A stretch of 64,000 nucleotides of DNA from a candidate division WOR-3 bacterium (GTDB lineage: Bacteria; Hydrothermota; Tepidihabitantia; Tepidihabitantales; Tepidihabitantaceae), in contig CBFGIT010000005.1 of the NCBI GenBank assembly GCA_965648905.1, forward strand, positions 3,097 through 67,096. The letters are read 5' to 3'. The notes under the pieces are model-generated. The model was not told the DNA's origin. It ran no database searches and saw only the letters and a program-made list of their open reading frames with translations. The stretch's first letter is position 1. Every line of letters begins with the position of its first letter. Below are positions 55,094 to 64,000 of this stretch, one piece after another. The position numbers and the translations under genes are program-made.

Positions 55094-55139
55094 TTGACTT
55101 TGTCTGGATGCGCTCTAAACTTAGATGAGGCTAATAATG
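55094..55139 (+). promoter_or_regulatory. sigma70-type promoter (TTGACT, 16 nt spacer, TAAACT) overlapped by a DtxR/IdeR-type iron-box-like palindrome (TTAGATGAGGCTAATAATG) that spans the -10 and the start codon of the regulator gene
   Basis: Hexamers and palindrome read from the sequence. The palindrome matches the IdeR box TTAGGTTAGGCTAACCTAA at about 13 of 19 positions. Confidence 0.45.
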
Positions 55140-55643
55140 TTAGTTTCAGCTAAGAAGAACAGTGGCCCGGCACCGCTGGGTGAAAGCGGCGAGGACTACC
55201 TTGAGGCGGTCTTTGTTCTGAGTCGGCAGCAGCGGCAGGTGCGGGTGCGGGACATTGCCGCGCGGATTGAGGTCAGTCTGCCTTCAGTGGTTGCGGCGCT
55301 GGCTCAACTGGAGAGGCGCGGGCTGGTCGAGCACGAGCGCTACGGCGAGGTTGTGCTGACCGCGGCAGGCGCAGCCCGAGCCGAGGCGGTGCATCGCCGC
55401 CACCAGTTGCTGCACCGGTTCCTGCACGAGGTCCTGGGTGTAAGGGAGTCGGTGGCCGAGCGCGACGCATGCCGGCTGGAGCATGCGCTGTCGCCAGAGA
55501 CCGTAAGTCGACTTGCCCGGCTGGTCAGGCTGGTGTTGGAGCAGGATGTCGATGGCGCCGCGTTCGTTCGGGCCTTGAAGCGGGTAGCAGGGCGAAGCCG
55601 CAGCGACGCGCCGGAGGAAGATGATGGTGAAGCGGCTGAGTGA
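55125..55643 (+). CDS. DtxR/IdeR/MntR-family metal-dependent transcriptional repressor
   Basis: The N-terminal winged helix with ESGEDYLEAVFVL and RVRDIAARIEVSLPSV is typical of the DtxR family. Metal-site His, Glu and Cys residues lie downstream. Alternative start at ATG 55137. Confidence 0.75.
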   Translation: MRLIMLVSAKKNSGPAPLGESGEDYLEAVFVLSRQQRQVRVRDIAARIEVSLPSVVAALAQLERRGLVEHERYGEVVLTAAGAARAEAVHRRHQLLHRFLHEVLGVRESVAERDACRLEHALSPETVSRLARLVRLVLEQDVDGAAFVRALKRVAGRSRSDAPEEDDGEAAE

Positions 55644-56133
55644 GTTGGCCGTGGGCGAGCGGGCGGTCGTGAAGTCGGTTGAGGGCGAACCGGCCGTGAG
55701 GAGACGGCTGCGGGCAATGGGTTTTGTGGCCGGAGTGGAGGTGCGGGTCAGGCGCTGTGCGCCGATGGGCGACCCGGTTGCCTATGACCTGCTGGGCTAC
55801 TGTCTGTCTTTGCGCCGAGAAGAAGCCGCGCTGGTGCTGGTTGGGCCTTTGCCGGCGCTGAGCCTGCTGTCGGCACCGGCCGGAGCGAGACTACGGGTGC
55901 TCGAGGTCGTCGGCGGCTGGGGTATGAGACGTCGACTTGCTGCTCTGGGTGTGGTCGAATCGGCCGAGGTGATGAAGGTGGCGGGCGGTGATTCGGGTCC
56001 GTTCGAGATAGAAGCCGGAGGGCGGCGGAGCAGCATCGGCCGAGGGGTGGCAGCACGGGTCATGGTCGAGCTGGCGGCATCATGGAAAGATGAACGTGCG
56101 AGGATTGGGGAATGCCCCGGAAACGCGAGATGA
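55621..56133 (+). CDS. feoA: FeoA-family protein with two tandem FeoA (SH3-like) domains
   Basis: The first domain shows LSELAVGERAVVKSV...RRRLRAMGFVAGVEVRV. A second, similar domain at residues about 85-150 shows LRVLEVVGG...RRRLAALGVVESAEV. Confidence 0.7.
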   Translation: MMVKRLSELAVGERAVVKSVEGEPAVRRRLRAMGFVAGVEVRVRRCAPMGDPVAYDLLGYCLSLRREEAALVLVGPLPALSLLSAPAGARLRVLEVVGGWGMRRRLAALGVVESAEVMKVAGGDSGPFEIEAGGRRSSIGRGVAARVMVELAASWKDERARIGECPGNAR

Positions 56134-58136
56134 GGATTGCGCTGGCCGGCAATCCTAATTCCGGGAAGACGAGTATCTTCAATGCTCTGACCGGCGCGCA
56201 TCAGTACGTCGGGAACTGGCCGGGCGTGACGGTCGAGCGGAAAGAGGGGCGTTTCACCTTTGAGGGGCACGAGGTCCGCCTCGTTGACCTTCCCGGAACC
56301 TATGCGCTTGACGCCTACACGTTGGATGAGCGGGTGGCGCGCGAATACCTGGTCAACGAGAACCCGGATGCGGTCATTGCGGTGGTGGACGCTTCGAATC
56401 TGGAACGCAACCTCTACCTGGTTGCGCAGCTCATTGAACTCGGGGCTCGGGTCATTATCGCCCTGAACATGGTTGACGTAGCTGAGGCGCGCGGGCTCGA
56501 GATCGATGCCGACAAACTGGGTACGTTGCTCGGGGTGAAGGTGGTGCCGACGGTCGCGTCGAAGAACATCGGCATCGACCGGTTGCGGCGTGCAGTCCAC
56601 GACATCCACACTGATGCCCCGCTGTCTGGATTGCGGGTTTCGTATGGTGAGGACATCGAGACCCGTCTGGCTCGACTAATTGAGGTGGTGCGGGCGGCCT
56701 GGCCCGAACGCGCGGACCGCGCCCGCTGGTGGGCGCTCAAGCTGCTTGAGCACGACCCGTCGGCACTGGCCGAGATGGAGTCGTCCGGCGCCGCGGACCG
56801 AATCCGGCCGGTGCTGGAATCGGTTCGGACCAGTCTGGAGAAGCACGTCGGTACTGATGCCGAGACCGCGGTAGTAGAGCGGCGGTACGGGTTCTTGTCC
56901 GGCCTGGTCAAGGAGTGCACGCGGCGCCGGCCCGGCCTGAGCGGACGGCTGGGCGCGTCGGATGATATTGACCGTGTTGTGCTCAACCGCTGGATTGGAA
57001 TTCCCTTGTTTCTCGCCTTGATGTGGGGCACGTTTCAGCTTGTGTTCACGGTCGGCGCGCCGCTCAGCGACCTGATTGACCGCTTGTTCGGCTGGCTCGG
57101 CAGGCAGGCCGGGACCGGGATTTCTTTGCTCGGTGCGCCAGAGTGGCTGGCGTCGCTTGCGGCTGGCGGACTGATTGCCGGGGTCGGCTCGGTACTGGTT
57201 TTCGTCCCGAACATCATCATCTTGTTTTTCGTCATCTCGCTGCTGGAGGAGTCGGGCTACATGGCCCGGTCCGCGTTCGTGATGGACCGGTTCATGCACC
57301 TGCTCGGCCTGCACGGCAAGTCGTTCATCCCGATGATGGTCGGCTTTGGCTGCAATGTGCCGGCGATTCTGGCCACGAGGACGCTGGAATCGCGCAAGGA
57401 CCGGATTCTGACAATCCTTGTCAATCCACTGATGTCCTGCTCGGCCCGCCTGCCGGTCTACGTTCTCTTCGCGGGCGCGTTCTTCAGTCGGCACCAGGGT
57501 CTGGTGGTGTTTTCACTCTATCTGTTGGGCATCGTGCTCGCCGTGCTCGTGGCACGGCTGTTCAAGTGGTTGTTCTTCAAGGAGGAAGCAGCACCGCTGA
57601 TCATGGAGCTGCCGCCCTATCACCTGCCGACCGTGCGCAGCATCCTGACGCACACTTGGGAGCGTGCCTGGCTGTTTGTCCGCCGAGCCGGTACGGTTAT
57701 CGCGCCGGCTTCGGTCGCAATCTGGCTGCTGGCCGGTCTGCCCTGGGGTGTCAAGTACGCTTCGGAATCGAGCATCATCGGCCGGCTCGGCGCGGTCATC
57801 GCACCGCTGCTTCGACCCGCGGGTTTCGGCTACTGGTGGGCCGCGGTTTCACTTGTGGCTGGAGTCATTGCCAAGGAGCTGGTAGTCAGTACGATGGCCT
57901 CACTCCACAGTACCGGGCCTGACGGCCTGGGCGCGGTACTGCGGCAGGTGTTCACGCCGGTCTCGGCGTATGCGTTCATGGTGATGTCCCTGGTCTATAT
58001 TCCCTGCGTGGCCACGGTCGCGGCCATCAAGCGCGAGACCAACTGGCGCTGGACCGCGCTGGCAGTCGGGTACACGCTTGCCCTGGTCTGGCTCCTGGCT
58101 GTTGCCGTCTTTCAGTTCGGGAGTCGGTGGGCATGA
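56112..58136 (+). CDS. feoB: Ferrous iron transporter FeoB (N-terminal G domain plus polytopic permease)
   Basis: G1 motif IALAGNPNSGKTSIFNALTG, G-domain motifs, and a C-terminal membrane domain with gate motifs. Confidence 0.9.
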   Translation: MPRKREMRIALAGNPNSGKTSIFNALTGAHQYVGNWPGVTVERKEGRFTFEGHEVRLVDLPGTYALDAYTLDERVAREYLVNENPDAVIAVVDASNLERNLYLVAQLIELGARVIIALNMVDVAEARGLEIDADKLGTLLGVKVVPTVASKNIGIDRLRRAVHDIHTDAPLSGLRVSYGEDIETRLARLIEVVRAAWPERADRARWWALKLLEHDPSALAEMESSGAADRIRPVLESVRTSLEKHVGTDAETAVVERRYGFLSGLVKECTRRRPGLSGRLGASDDIDRVVLNRWIGIPLFLALMWGTFQLVFTVGAPLSDLIDRLFGWLGRQAGTGISLLGAPEWLASLAAGGLIAGVGSVLVFVPNIIILFFVISLLEESGYMARSAFVMDRFMHLLGLHGKSFIPMMVGFGCNVPAILATRTLESRKDRILTILVNPLMSCSARLPVYVLFAGAFFSRHQGLVVFSLYLLGIVLAVLVARLFKWLFFKEEAAPLIMELPPYHLPTVRSILTHTWERAWLFVRRAGTVIAPASVAIWLLAGLPWGVKYASESSIIGRLGAVIAPLLRPAGFGYWWAAVSLVAGVIAKELVVSTMASLHSTGPDGLGAVLRQVFTPVSAYAFMVMSLVYIPCVATVAAIKRETNWRWTALAVGYTLALVWLLAVAVFQFGSRWA

Positions 58137-58399
58137 TTCGACGGGTCCTGGCCGAGATGGAGCATGGTACGGCGACCGTCAAAGAGCTGAGCCGCAAGCT
58201 CGGAATTGAGCCGGGTGTGCTTGAGGGTATGCTCGGGTACATGGTACGCAAGGGGCTTGTGCGCGCGGTCTACCCCCAATGCCGAACCAAGGGATGTCGA
58301 GGCTGTCGTTACTCGGGCCGCTGTGAGGAGCGGCCGGTGATCGGCTATGAGCGCGTCGCGAAGATGAGCCGCGACCAGGGGCGCGGCGCCGGGAATTAG
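58127..58399 (+). CDS. feoC: FeoC-like small winged-helix protein with a C-terminal Cys cluster
   Basis: 90 aa with an HTH-like N terminus and CRTKGCRGCRYSGRC. It overlaps the feoB end. Confidence 0.5.
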   Translation: MGMIRRVLAEMEHGTATVKELSRKLGIEPGVLEGMLGYMVRKGLVRAVYPQCRTKGCRGCRYSGRCEERPVIGYERVAKMSRDQGRGAGN

Positions 58400-58400
58400 C

Positions 58401-59240
58401 ATGCACGCGAACTTCGGATTCGCCCTGGTGCTGTCCGCGGCGGCAGCGTGTGCCACGACGCTCGGAAGCCTGGCCGGGCTGGTGGTGCGCCGTCCCGGCT
58501 CCAGATTCATGGCCGCAAGCCTCGGGTTCTCAGCCGGAGTGATGATGCTGGTGTCGTTTGCCGAGCTATTGCGCACGAGCATCAACGTCATCGGGTTTCT
58601 GCCGGCGATGCTTGCCTTTTTCGGTGGTATGGGCATTATGTTCCTCGTGGACGCCGTGGTGCCGCACGAGTTCATCAGCGAGCACAGCCTGCCGCCCGGG
58701 CCGGGCTTCTGCACCGACGACCAGCCCGGGGCCGGGCCGGGCCAGCGGCACCGGTTCGGACAGCGGCATGGCGCCGGGGTCGAGCCGCGGCAGTTGCTGC
58801 GGACCGGGTTGCTCATCGCTCTGGGCATCGGCATCCACAATCTGCCCGAGGGCATGGCGACCTTTGCCGGCGCTCTGCAGAGCCGGGGCCTGGGCCTGGC
58901 CATTGCCGCCGCGATTGCCCTGCACAACATTCCCGAGGGGCTGGCCGTGGCGGTGCCGGTGTTCTGCGCCACCGGGTCGTGGCGCAAGGCAGTGACCTGG
59001 TCGTCGCTCTCGGGCGCGGCCGAGCTGGCCGGTGCGCTCTTGGCCGCGGTCGTGCTGCTGCCGTTCCTTACCCCGACGTTCCTCAACTACGTGCTGGCCG
59101 CGGTGGGTGGGCTGATGGTCTTCATATCGTTCGACGAGCTGATTCCCGGGTCATACGCCTATGGCCACGAGCACTACAGCGTGGCCGGCATCGTGGGCGG
59201 TATGGCCTTGATGGCGGCGAGCATCTGGCTGCTGGGCTAG
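58401..59240 (+). CDS. zupT: ZIP-family divalent metal transporter (ZupT-like)
   Basis: Eight TM helices with HNxPEG motifs (GIHNLPEGMA and LHNIPEGLAVA). Confidence 0.8.
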   Translation: MHANFGFALVLSAAAACATTLGSLAGLVVRRPGSRFMAASLGFSAGVMMLVSFAELLRTSINVIGFLPAMLAFFGGMGIMFLVDAVVPHEFISEHSLPPGPGFCTDDQPGAGPGQRHRFGQRHGAGVEPRQLLRTGLLIALGIGIHNLPEGMATFAGALQSRGLGLAIAAAIALHNIPEGLAVAVPVFCATGSWRKAVTWSSLSGAAELAGALLAAVVLLPFLTPTFLNYVLAAVGGLMVFISFDELIPGSYAYGHEHYSVAGIVGGMALMAASIWLLG

Positions 59241-59244
59241 CATC

Positions 59245-60102
59245 ATGCCATTCGACCAGGACACCGCAGTTCGACTGGTGTCTTTCTTCCTACCGGTCAT
59301 GGCCTTGTACTTCCTGTCCGGCATCGCCCTGGCGATACTCTACCACCTCAGTCTGTACTACATTGATGGCGAGTATCGGGTCAAGAGCGAGCTGTTCCTG
59401 GACATAACGGTAAGCGTACTGCGGGGCCTGCTCTATGTCTTTGCTTGGCCGGTGGTGCTCTACTTTGACCGGAGTGCCTTGACGCGTGTCAGGGACTTCA
59501 TCAACTACCTGGACCCGAACAAGCGCCAGCACGACGACGAGGTCTATGCCCAGGCGCATGAGGCGCGGCGGCGTCAGCAGGCGCATGCCCAAGCCCTGGA
59601 ACGGGAGAAGCGCGAACGTCGCCGCGCGGTCGAACAGGAGACGCACGCGGAGCGCGACAAGCTGCTTCAGGTCGTCCATGAGCGCAACCCTGACCTCGAG
59701 CAGTACTGGTTCCTTGCCGCAGTCGGCTCGACCTCGAGCGGCGCGAGCGAGCTCGTACTGCTGTATGACCCGCACGACCTGGCAGAAGAGGTAGGGGAAA
59801 AGGCCCGGCGCGAGGTCTGGGTGCGCAGTCATACCGAATGCCCGAAATGCGGCGGCCGTGTTTCGCCGGTGCATGTCGAGGTTCCGGACCCGTTCTTTCT
59901 GCGGGTGGTCAGTCCGGGCACGGGCAAGACCGTGCTTGAAGGCTGGGCTGTGCGCGGCGAGTACCGGGTGAAGTATGACCAGTGCTACGACTGCGATGCC
60001 GAAGTTCCGGACCGGGTCAGGCCGATTGCCGAACTCGGGCCGGCGTCTGATGTGGTGCGGAACATGCGTGCAGGCGTGACGCTGCACTATGACCTGCCAT
60101 GA
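59245..60102 (+). CDS. Hypothetical membrane protein: two N-terminal TM helices, a charged coiled-coil and a C-terminal zinc-ribbon-like domain
   Basis: Shows CPKCGG...CYDCDAE. It is translationally coupled to zupT (4 nt gap) and to the downstream nuclease gene (overlap). Confidence 0.4.
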   Translation: MPFDQDTAVRLVSFFLPVMALYFLSGIALAILYHLSLYYIDGEYRVKSELFLDITVSVLRGLLYVFAWPVVLYFDRSALTRVRDFINYLDPNKRQHDDEVYAQAHEARRRQQAHAQALEREKRERRRAVEQETHAERDKLLQVVHERNPDLEQYWFLAAVGSTSSGASELVLLYDPHDLAEEVGEKARREVWVRSHTECPKCGGRVSPVHVEVPDPFFLRVVSPGTGKTVLEGWAVRGEYRVKYDQCYDCDAEVPDRVRPIAELGPASDVVRNMRAGVTLHYDLP

Positions 60103-60884
60103 GTAGCGCCAGGCGACTAATCCTGCTCGTGCTGCTGGCCCGGGCATGGGCCGGACCGTTGCACGTGGTGCAAATCTATGACGGCGATACGTTCCAGACC
60201 GAGGACAGCGCGGTCGTGCGCATGCTCGGCATCGATGCACCCGAGACGTACCAGCCAGGCGGTGACATAGCCCGGGACATCCTGGAGAAGTACCTGCTCG
60301 GGAAAGAGGTGCGGTTGGAGCCTGATGGGACAGACAAGGACAAGTATGGCCGGTTGCTCCGTTACGTCTACGTCGGCGACACGATGGTCAACTTCGAGCT
60401 GGTGCGCAAGGGCTACGCTTCGTACCGCAGCTTCCAATCCAGCCTCAAGTACCAAGACACGCTGGCCAGGCTCGAACAGGAAGCGGCCCGCATCGGCAAA
60501 GGCCTGTGGCCGTTCAATGTCTTCACGCCACCGACCATCGAGCTGCTCAAAGAGAAGGTTGTGGCCGAGTCGGCGCGGAGTGGTACCGGGTTGCGCTTGG
60601 TATCGTGGCTTGACGCGGGCAACTTTGTCGGTCGTCTGGTAACGGTCGAAGGCACGGTTGTAGCGACCTACAATTCAGGCAAGGTGTGTCACCTGAACTT
60701 TCATCAGGACTACCGGAAGTACTTCAGCGTAGCGATATTCAGCCAGGACTTCGACAAGTTCCCGCCCAGCCCTGAAGATTACTACAAGAAGCGGCGTGTC
60801 CGGGTCACCGGCATTGTGAAGGAATACAAGGGTGCACCTGAGATTGTCGTCAATGACCCGGGGCAGATAGCGGTCATCGAGTAA
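60099..60884 (+). CDS. Secreted thermonuclease (SNase/micrococcal nuclease family) with an extra C-terminal OB-like domain
   Basis: Signal peptide; SNase motifs VRMLGIDAPE and YGRLLRYVYV. Confidence 0.75.
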   Translation: MSSARRLILLVLLARAWAGPLHVVQIYDGDTFQTEDSAVVRMLGIDAPETYQPGGDIARDILEKYLLGKEVRLEPDGTDKDKYGRLLRYVYVGDTMVNFELVRKGYASYRSFQSSLKYQDTLARLEQEAARIGKGLWPFNVFTPPTIELLKEKVVAESARSGTGLRLVSWLDAGNFVGRLVTVEGTVVATYNSGKVCHLNFHQDYRKYFSVAIFSQDFDKFPPSPEDYYKKRRVRVTGIVKEYKGAPEIVVNDPGQIAVIE

Positions 60885-60887
60885 CCC

Positions 60888-62237
60888 GTGGAGCAGGAAC
60901 AGGACAGGAGTCCAGTGCCAGAGGTCGCAGACGCGGCCGGCGAAGTGCAGGGCCATAGCGAGAGTGCTGAAGTCAGTGTGCAGCGAGCAGGGGTGCGGGC
61001 TCGTCGGACAGTGTTTGTCGTTGGCATCGGCGTTGCCGTCCTTGCCGTCGGGGTCTTTGTGGCGAGAGCAAAGACCCGGCCCCAGCCCAAGTGCGGGCCG
61101 GACTTGCCTTGTGCTGATTCGAGCTACTTTGCCCAGGACAGCCTGAGCGGCAAGGAGGTGTTCGCATCGGTGCTCTCTCGCTGGGAAGTGCCCGTGTCGC
61201 TAATCAATCAGGCCTATTCGGCTCTGGCCCGAACCGACTTCAACTTCCGCAACATGAGGCCGGGCGAGCGGGTCACGCTTGAGTACCACGGCCTGGTTCT
61301 GGCCGGCCTTGAGTATCACAAGGACCGGGTCACAAGCTATGCGGTAACCTTTGATTCTTCCGGTGCAACTGCGTCGAAGCGAACCCGACCGGTTGATACA
61401 GTCCGCGCGGTCGTGCGCGGCACGGTTAAGGGGTCGCTCTGGAACTCGCTGGTCGGTCAGGGTGAACTGCCCGAACTGGTGGTGCAGTTTGCCGAGATAC
61501 TGTCGTACGAGGTCGACTTCTTCGCCGAGTGCAATGAGGGCGACTCGTTTGAGCTGCTGCTCGACCGGTGCTATGTCGATACTTCGTTCTACCGGAACGG
61601 CCGCATCTATGCGGTTCACTACCGGGGGCGAACCGGGAACTTCTACGGCTTCTATTTCCGGGCGCCGAACGGGCACTGGGACTACTACAACGAGAAAGGT
61701 CAGTCGCTCAGGAAAACAGTGCTCCGCTCACCGCTCACGTTTGCCAAGGTCACTTCCTACTTCGGCAATCGGTTCCACCCGATACTTCGGACCTATCGTC
61801 AGCATCATGGGGTTGACTACGGCGCTCCGACCGGCACGCCGGTGTCGGCGATTGCCGATGGTACCGTGACCAAAGCGCAGTGGTCCGGCGGCTACGGTAA
61901 CCTGGTTGAAATCCGCCATTCCGGTGGCCTGCTTTCGCGCTACGGACATCTTTCGCGCTATGGGCCGGGCATCCGTGGCGGCCAGCGCGTCCGCCAGGGA
62001 CAAACCGTGGGCTACGTCGGCTCTACCGGGCTCTCGACCGGCCCGCACCTTCACTTCGAAGTGCATCAGGGCGGCAGGGCGGTTAACCCGCTCAAGGTCA
62101 TCCCGCCACGGGCCGAACCGGTGGCCAGAAAGGACATGCCTGAATTTGAGCGGCTGCGGGACGAGTACATCAGCCAGTTGCGGAGCCCGGCTGGTCCGAT
62201 ACTGCCGCAAGCGTCTGATTCGGTCGCAGCGCACTAG
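60888..62237 (+). CDS. M23-family metallopeptidase (LytM/lysostaphin-type) with an N-terminal membrane anchor and an N-terminal accessory domain
   Basis: HxxxD ... HLHFEV zinc-site motifs in the C-terminal domain (HHGVDYGAP, GPHLHFEVHQGG). Confidence 0.75.
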   Translation: MEQEQDRSPVPEVADAAGEVQGHSESAEVSVQRAGVRARRTVFVVGIGVAVLAVGVFVARAKTRPQPKCGPDLPCADSSYFAQDSLSGKEVFASVLSRWEVPVSLINQAYSALARTDFNFRNMRPGERVTLEYHGLVLAGLEYHKDRVTSYAVTFDSSGATASKRTRPVDTVRAVVRGTVKGSLWNSLVGQGELPELVVQFAEILSYEVDFFAECNEGDSFELLLDRCYVDTSFYRNGRIYAVHYRGRTGNFYGFYFRAPNGHWDYYNEKGQSLRKTVLRSPLTFAKVTSYFGNRFHPILRTYRQHHGVDYGAPTGTPVSAIADGTVTKAQWSGGYGNLVEIRHSGGLLSRYGHLSRYGPGIRGGQRVRQGQTVGYVGSTGLSTGPHLHFEVHQGGRAVNPLKVIPPRAEPVARKDMPEFERLRDEYISQLRSPAGPILPQASDSVAAH

Positions 62238-64000
62238 AGCCTGAGACCGAGTTCAGCAAACCAGTTGCGGCCCGGGTTTGGATAGCCATGGGCGGTCTCG
62301 TATCGGGTATCAAGCAGGTTGCGGATTCCGGCACCGACGTTGAGCCGCACCCGGCCGAATACGGGCGAGGCCTGCGCGGTCAGGTCGGCCGTGGTGTAAG
62401 CAGGCAGCGAGGCGGTGTTAGCCGGGTCGGTCCACCGCGCACCAGTGTAGTTGACCCGGAGCCCGAAGCGTGGGGCAAGACTAGGCAGAGGCAGTTGATA
62501 TGAGCAGTCCAGGCCGGCAGTCAGCCGGGGCCGGTAGGGGAGTTCAATGCTGTCTCCCATGCTGTGGGTCAGGGCAGCATCAAGCTCAAACTCGAAGCCG
62601 TGGACAGCGTAGTCGAGCTCCAGTTCGGCACCCAGTATTTGAGCACTGGCGACATTCACCGGACTGAATCGGAAGGTGCTGTCCGGCTGCCACTGAATCA
62701 GGTCGTGGAGTCGGCTCGCAAAACCGGCAACCCGGCCTGAAAGACCTGAGACCGGCCGGGCCCTTGCTCCCAGCTCGTACGAGATGCCGGTCTCGGGTCG
62801 AAGCCGCGGGTTGCCATAGGCAAAGGCATCAGTCGGCCAGTACAGGTCGTTGAATCCCGGTGCACGGAACGAACGACCCACGGTTGTATAAAGGTCGACC
62901 AGGGGCAGGCGTGTGTACGTGGCGATTACCTTGGGGCTGAGCACACGATGGGTTGAGTAGCGCAGCGTCGAATCGAGCAAGGTTCCTGTGTTCCGCATCC
63001 ACTCGTAGCGCAGCAGGTGGACGACATCAAAGCCGAAAGCCTGAACCCGGAACTGGAAGATTCCGGCAACCGTGTTGCGATGCGGCCAGCCGACCGCAGT
63101 GCTGCTGAGGTTTTCAGTACCGGCTTCTCCGGCCAGCAGGAAATCGGTGTGGCGGGTGGCGTGCCATGACCCGTCAACGGAGATGCCGGCTGTGCTGGTC
63201 GCATGGGTATCATTGGTTGCCCATGCCGGGTCGCGGTAATTCTGCCATGACCGGGAGAAGCGGCCGCGGGCCGACATCCGCACGAGGTCAGTTGCCTGAA
63301 GTGAGTAGCTGCCGATGAACTGAGCCCGCTGGTCGTCGCGCCGGGCACTGTCTGACGGCCAGTCGGTCGTGCCCGGAGTGCCGCGTCCTGTTGCGCTGAA
63401 CTCGCCGAGCAGGTCTGCCTGGTGCGGGCCGAATTCGAACCTGGTCTTGGCCAGAATACTCTTCCGGGTCAGGTCGGCGTTCTGCATCGTGCGCAGGCTG
63501 TCGAGCGAGTCCTGCCAGGCGAAGTCATTGCGGCAGGAATAGAGCTGGCCGGCAATCAGGTAGCCGAAAGGAGAGACCCAGTTTGAATGCCGGAACTCGA
63601 GTCGGCGCAGGCCAAACGAGCCGAGCCCGGCAGTGGCTTCGGCACCGAGCCGTTCAGGTGCCGGGGTGATGAGGTTCACGACCCCTCCGACCGCGCTCGA
63701 ACCGAAGACGGCCGAGGCTCCGCCGCGTGCGACTTCAAGTCGTTCGACTGCGACCAAGGGCAAGGTGGACAGGTCGAATGTTCCAAGCTGGGCCGAGTTT
63801 TGGGGTACACCATCGAGTGCCACCAGGGTGTGCTCGGTACTGGCGCCGCGCAGACTGATTGACGTGTAGTTGGCATAGTCGCGTCCCAGCGTAGAAGATA
63901 CATGCCGAACCGCGTCAGCCGGATCAGTTCGGCCAACAGACAACTGGTCCCGGTCGAGCAAACGGACTGCGCCGGCGCGGTCCAGAGGCAAAGACGTCCG
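62234..64000 (-). CDS. TonB-dependent outer-membrane receptor, 5'-truncated at the window edge
   Basis: Plug-domain motifs (LTTVDKLGETIDDLRASVIPVGV-like) lie at the start of the visible ORF, followed by about 500 aa with beta-barrel character. The ORF is open at the window end. Confidence 0.7.
   Translation of the reverse strand, partial: RTSLPLDRAGAVRLLDRDQLSVGRTDPADAVRHVSSTLGRDYANYTSISLRGASTEHTLVALDGVPQNSAQLGTFDLSTLPLVAVERLEVARGGASAVFGSSAVGGVVNLITPAPERLGAEATAGLGSFGLRRLEFRHSNWVSPFGYLIAGQLYSCRNDFAWQDSLDSLRTMQNADLTRKSILAKTRFEFGPHQADLLGEFSATGRGTPGTTDWPSDSARRDDQRAQFIGSYSLQATDLVRMSARGRFSRSWQNYRDPAWATNDTHATSTAGISVDGSWHATRHTDFLLAGEAGTENLSSTAVGWPHRNTVAGIFQFRVQAFGFDVVHLLRYEWMRNTGTLLDSTLRYSTHRVLSPKVIATYTRLPLVDLYTTVGRSFRAPGFNDLYWPTDAFAYGNPRLRPETGISYELGARARPVSGLSGRVAGFASRLHDLIQWQPDSTFRFSPVNVASAQILGAELELDYAVHGFEFELDAALTHSMGDSIELPYRPRLTAGLDCSYQLPLPSLAPRFGLRVNYTGARWTDPANTASLPAYTTADLTAQASPVFGRVRLNVGAGIRNLLDTRYETAHGYPNPGRNWFAELGLRL

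Overview
High-GC (roughly 60-65% by eye) bacterial chromosomal segment. It is densely coded on both strands and contains no transposase, integrase or CRISPR array. Both giant surface proteins end in a C-terminal sorting-type tail, so the source is probably an uncultivated anaerobe of an FCB-like lineage. However, the tRNA-Leu, gcvT, HerA and giant-protein genes have E. coli-type -35/-10 promoters. Gene content, in order: a DUF2229 protein plus an acyl-CoA-dehydratase-type activase ATPase, followed by a fused Memo-AMMECR1 protein. Then an orphan HerA-like ATPase, an NfeD/SPFH pair, a P-type cation ATPase and a CapD-like sugar dehydratase. Next comes a complete glycine-cleavage operon (gcvT-H-PA-PB) that contains two extra small ORFs and ends in a glutamate-mutase-L-like gene. 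A methylmalonyl-CoA block follows (carboxyltransferase, mutase catalytic subunit, epimerase) and a DnaJ-family protein. A seven-gene oxidative-stress island follows, ending in a flavin reductase-rubredoxin fusion. Then tig-clpP-clpX and a tRNA-Leu with a canonical promoter. A 1.1 kb ORF-poor, repeat-bearing gap follows. Then a Wza-like SLBB protein, a phosphorelay (hybrid kinase plus two single-domain regulators) and a stand-alone PilB/GspE-type ATPase, all apparently co-transcribed. After these come carbamate kinase, a secreted unknown protein, a DUF89 protein, an orphan hypC, and a DegT aminotransferase. Two paralogous giant surface proteins built from CARDB, kelch-like and sorting-tail modules come next; one also has a long poly-Gly tract encoded by CCG/CCA simple repeats. 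Finally there is a DtxR-controlled metal operon, an M23 peptidase and a partial TonB-dependent receptor. The most unusual items are: the activase/Memo-AMMECR1 locus without a radical SAM partner; the phosphorelay co-transcribed with a secretion-type ATPase; the extra ORFs inside and after the gcv operon; the repeat regions at about 32.1 kb and 54.5 kb; and the metal operon extended by a secreted nuclease and a membrane zinc-ribbon protein.
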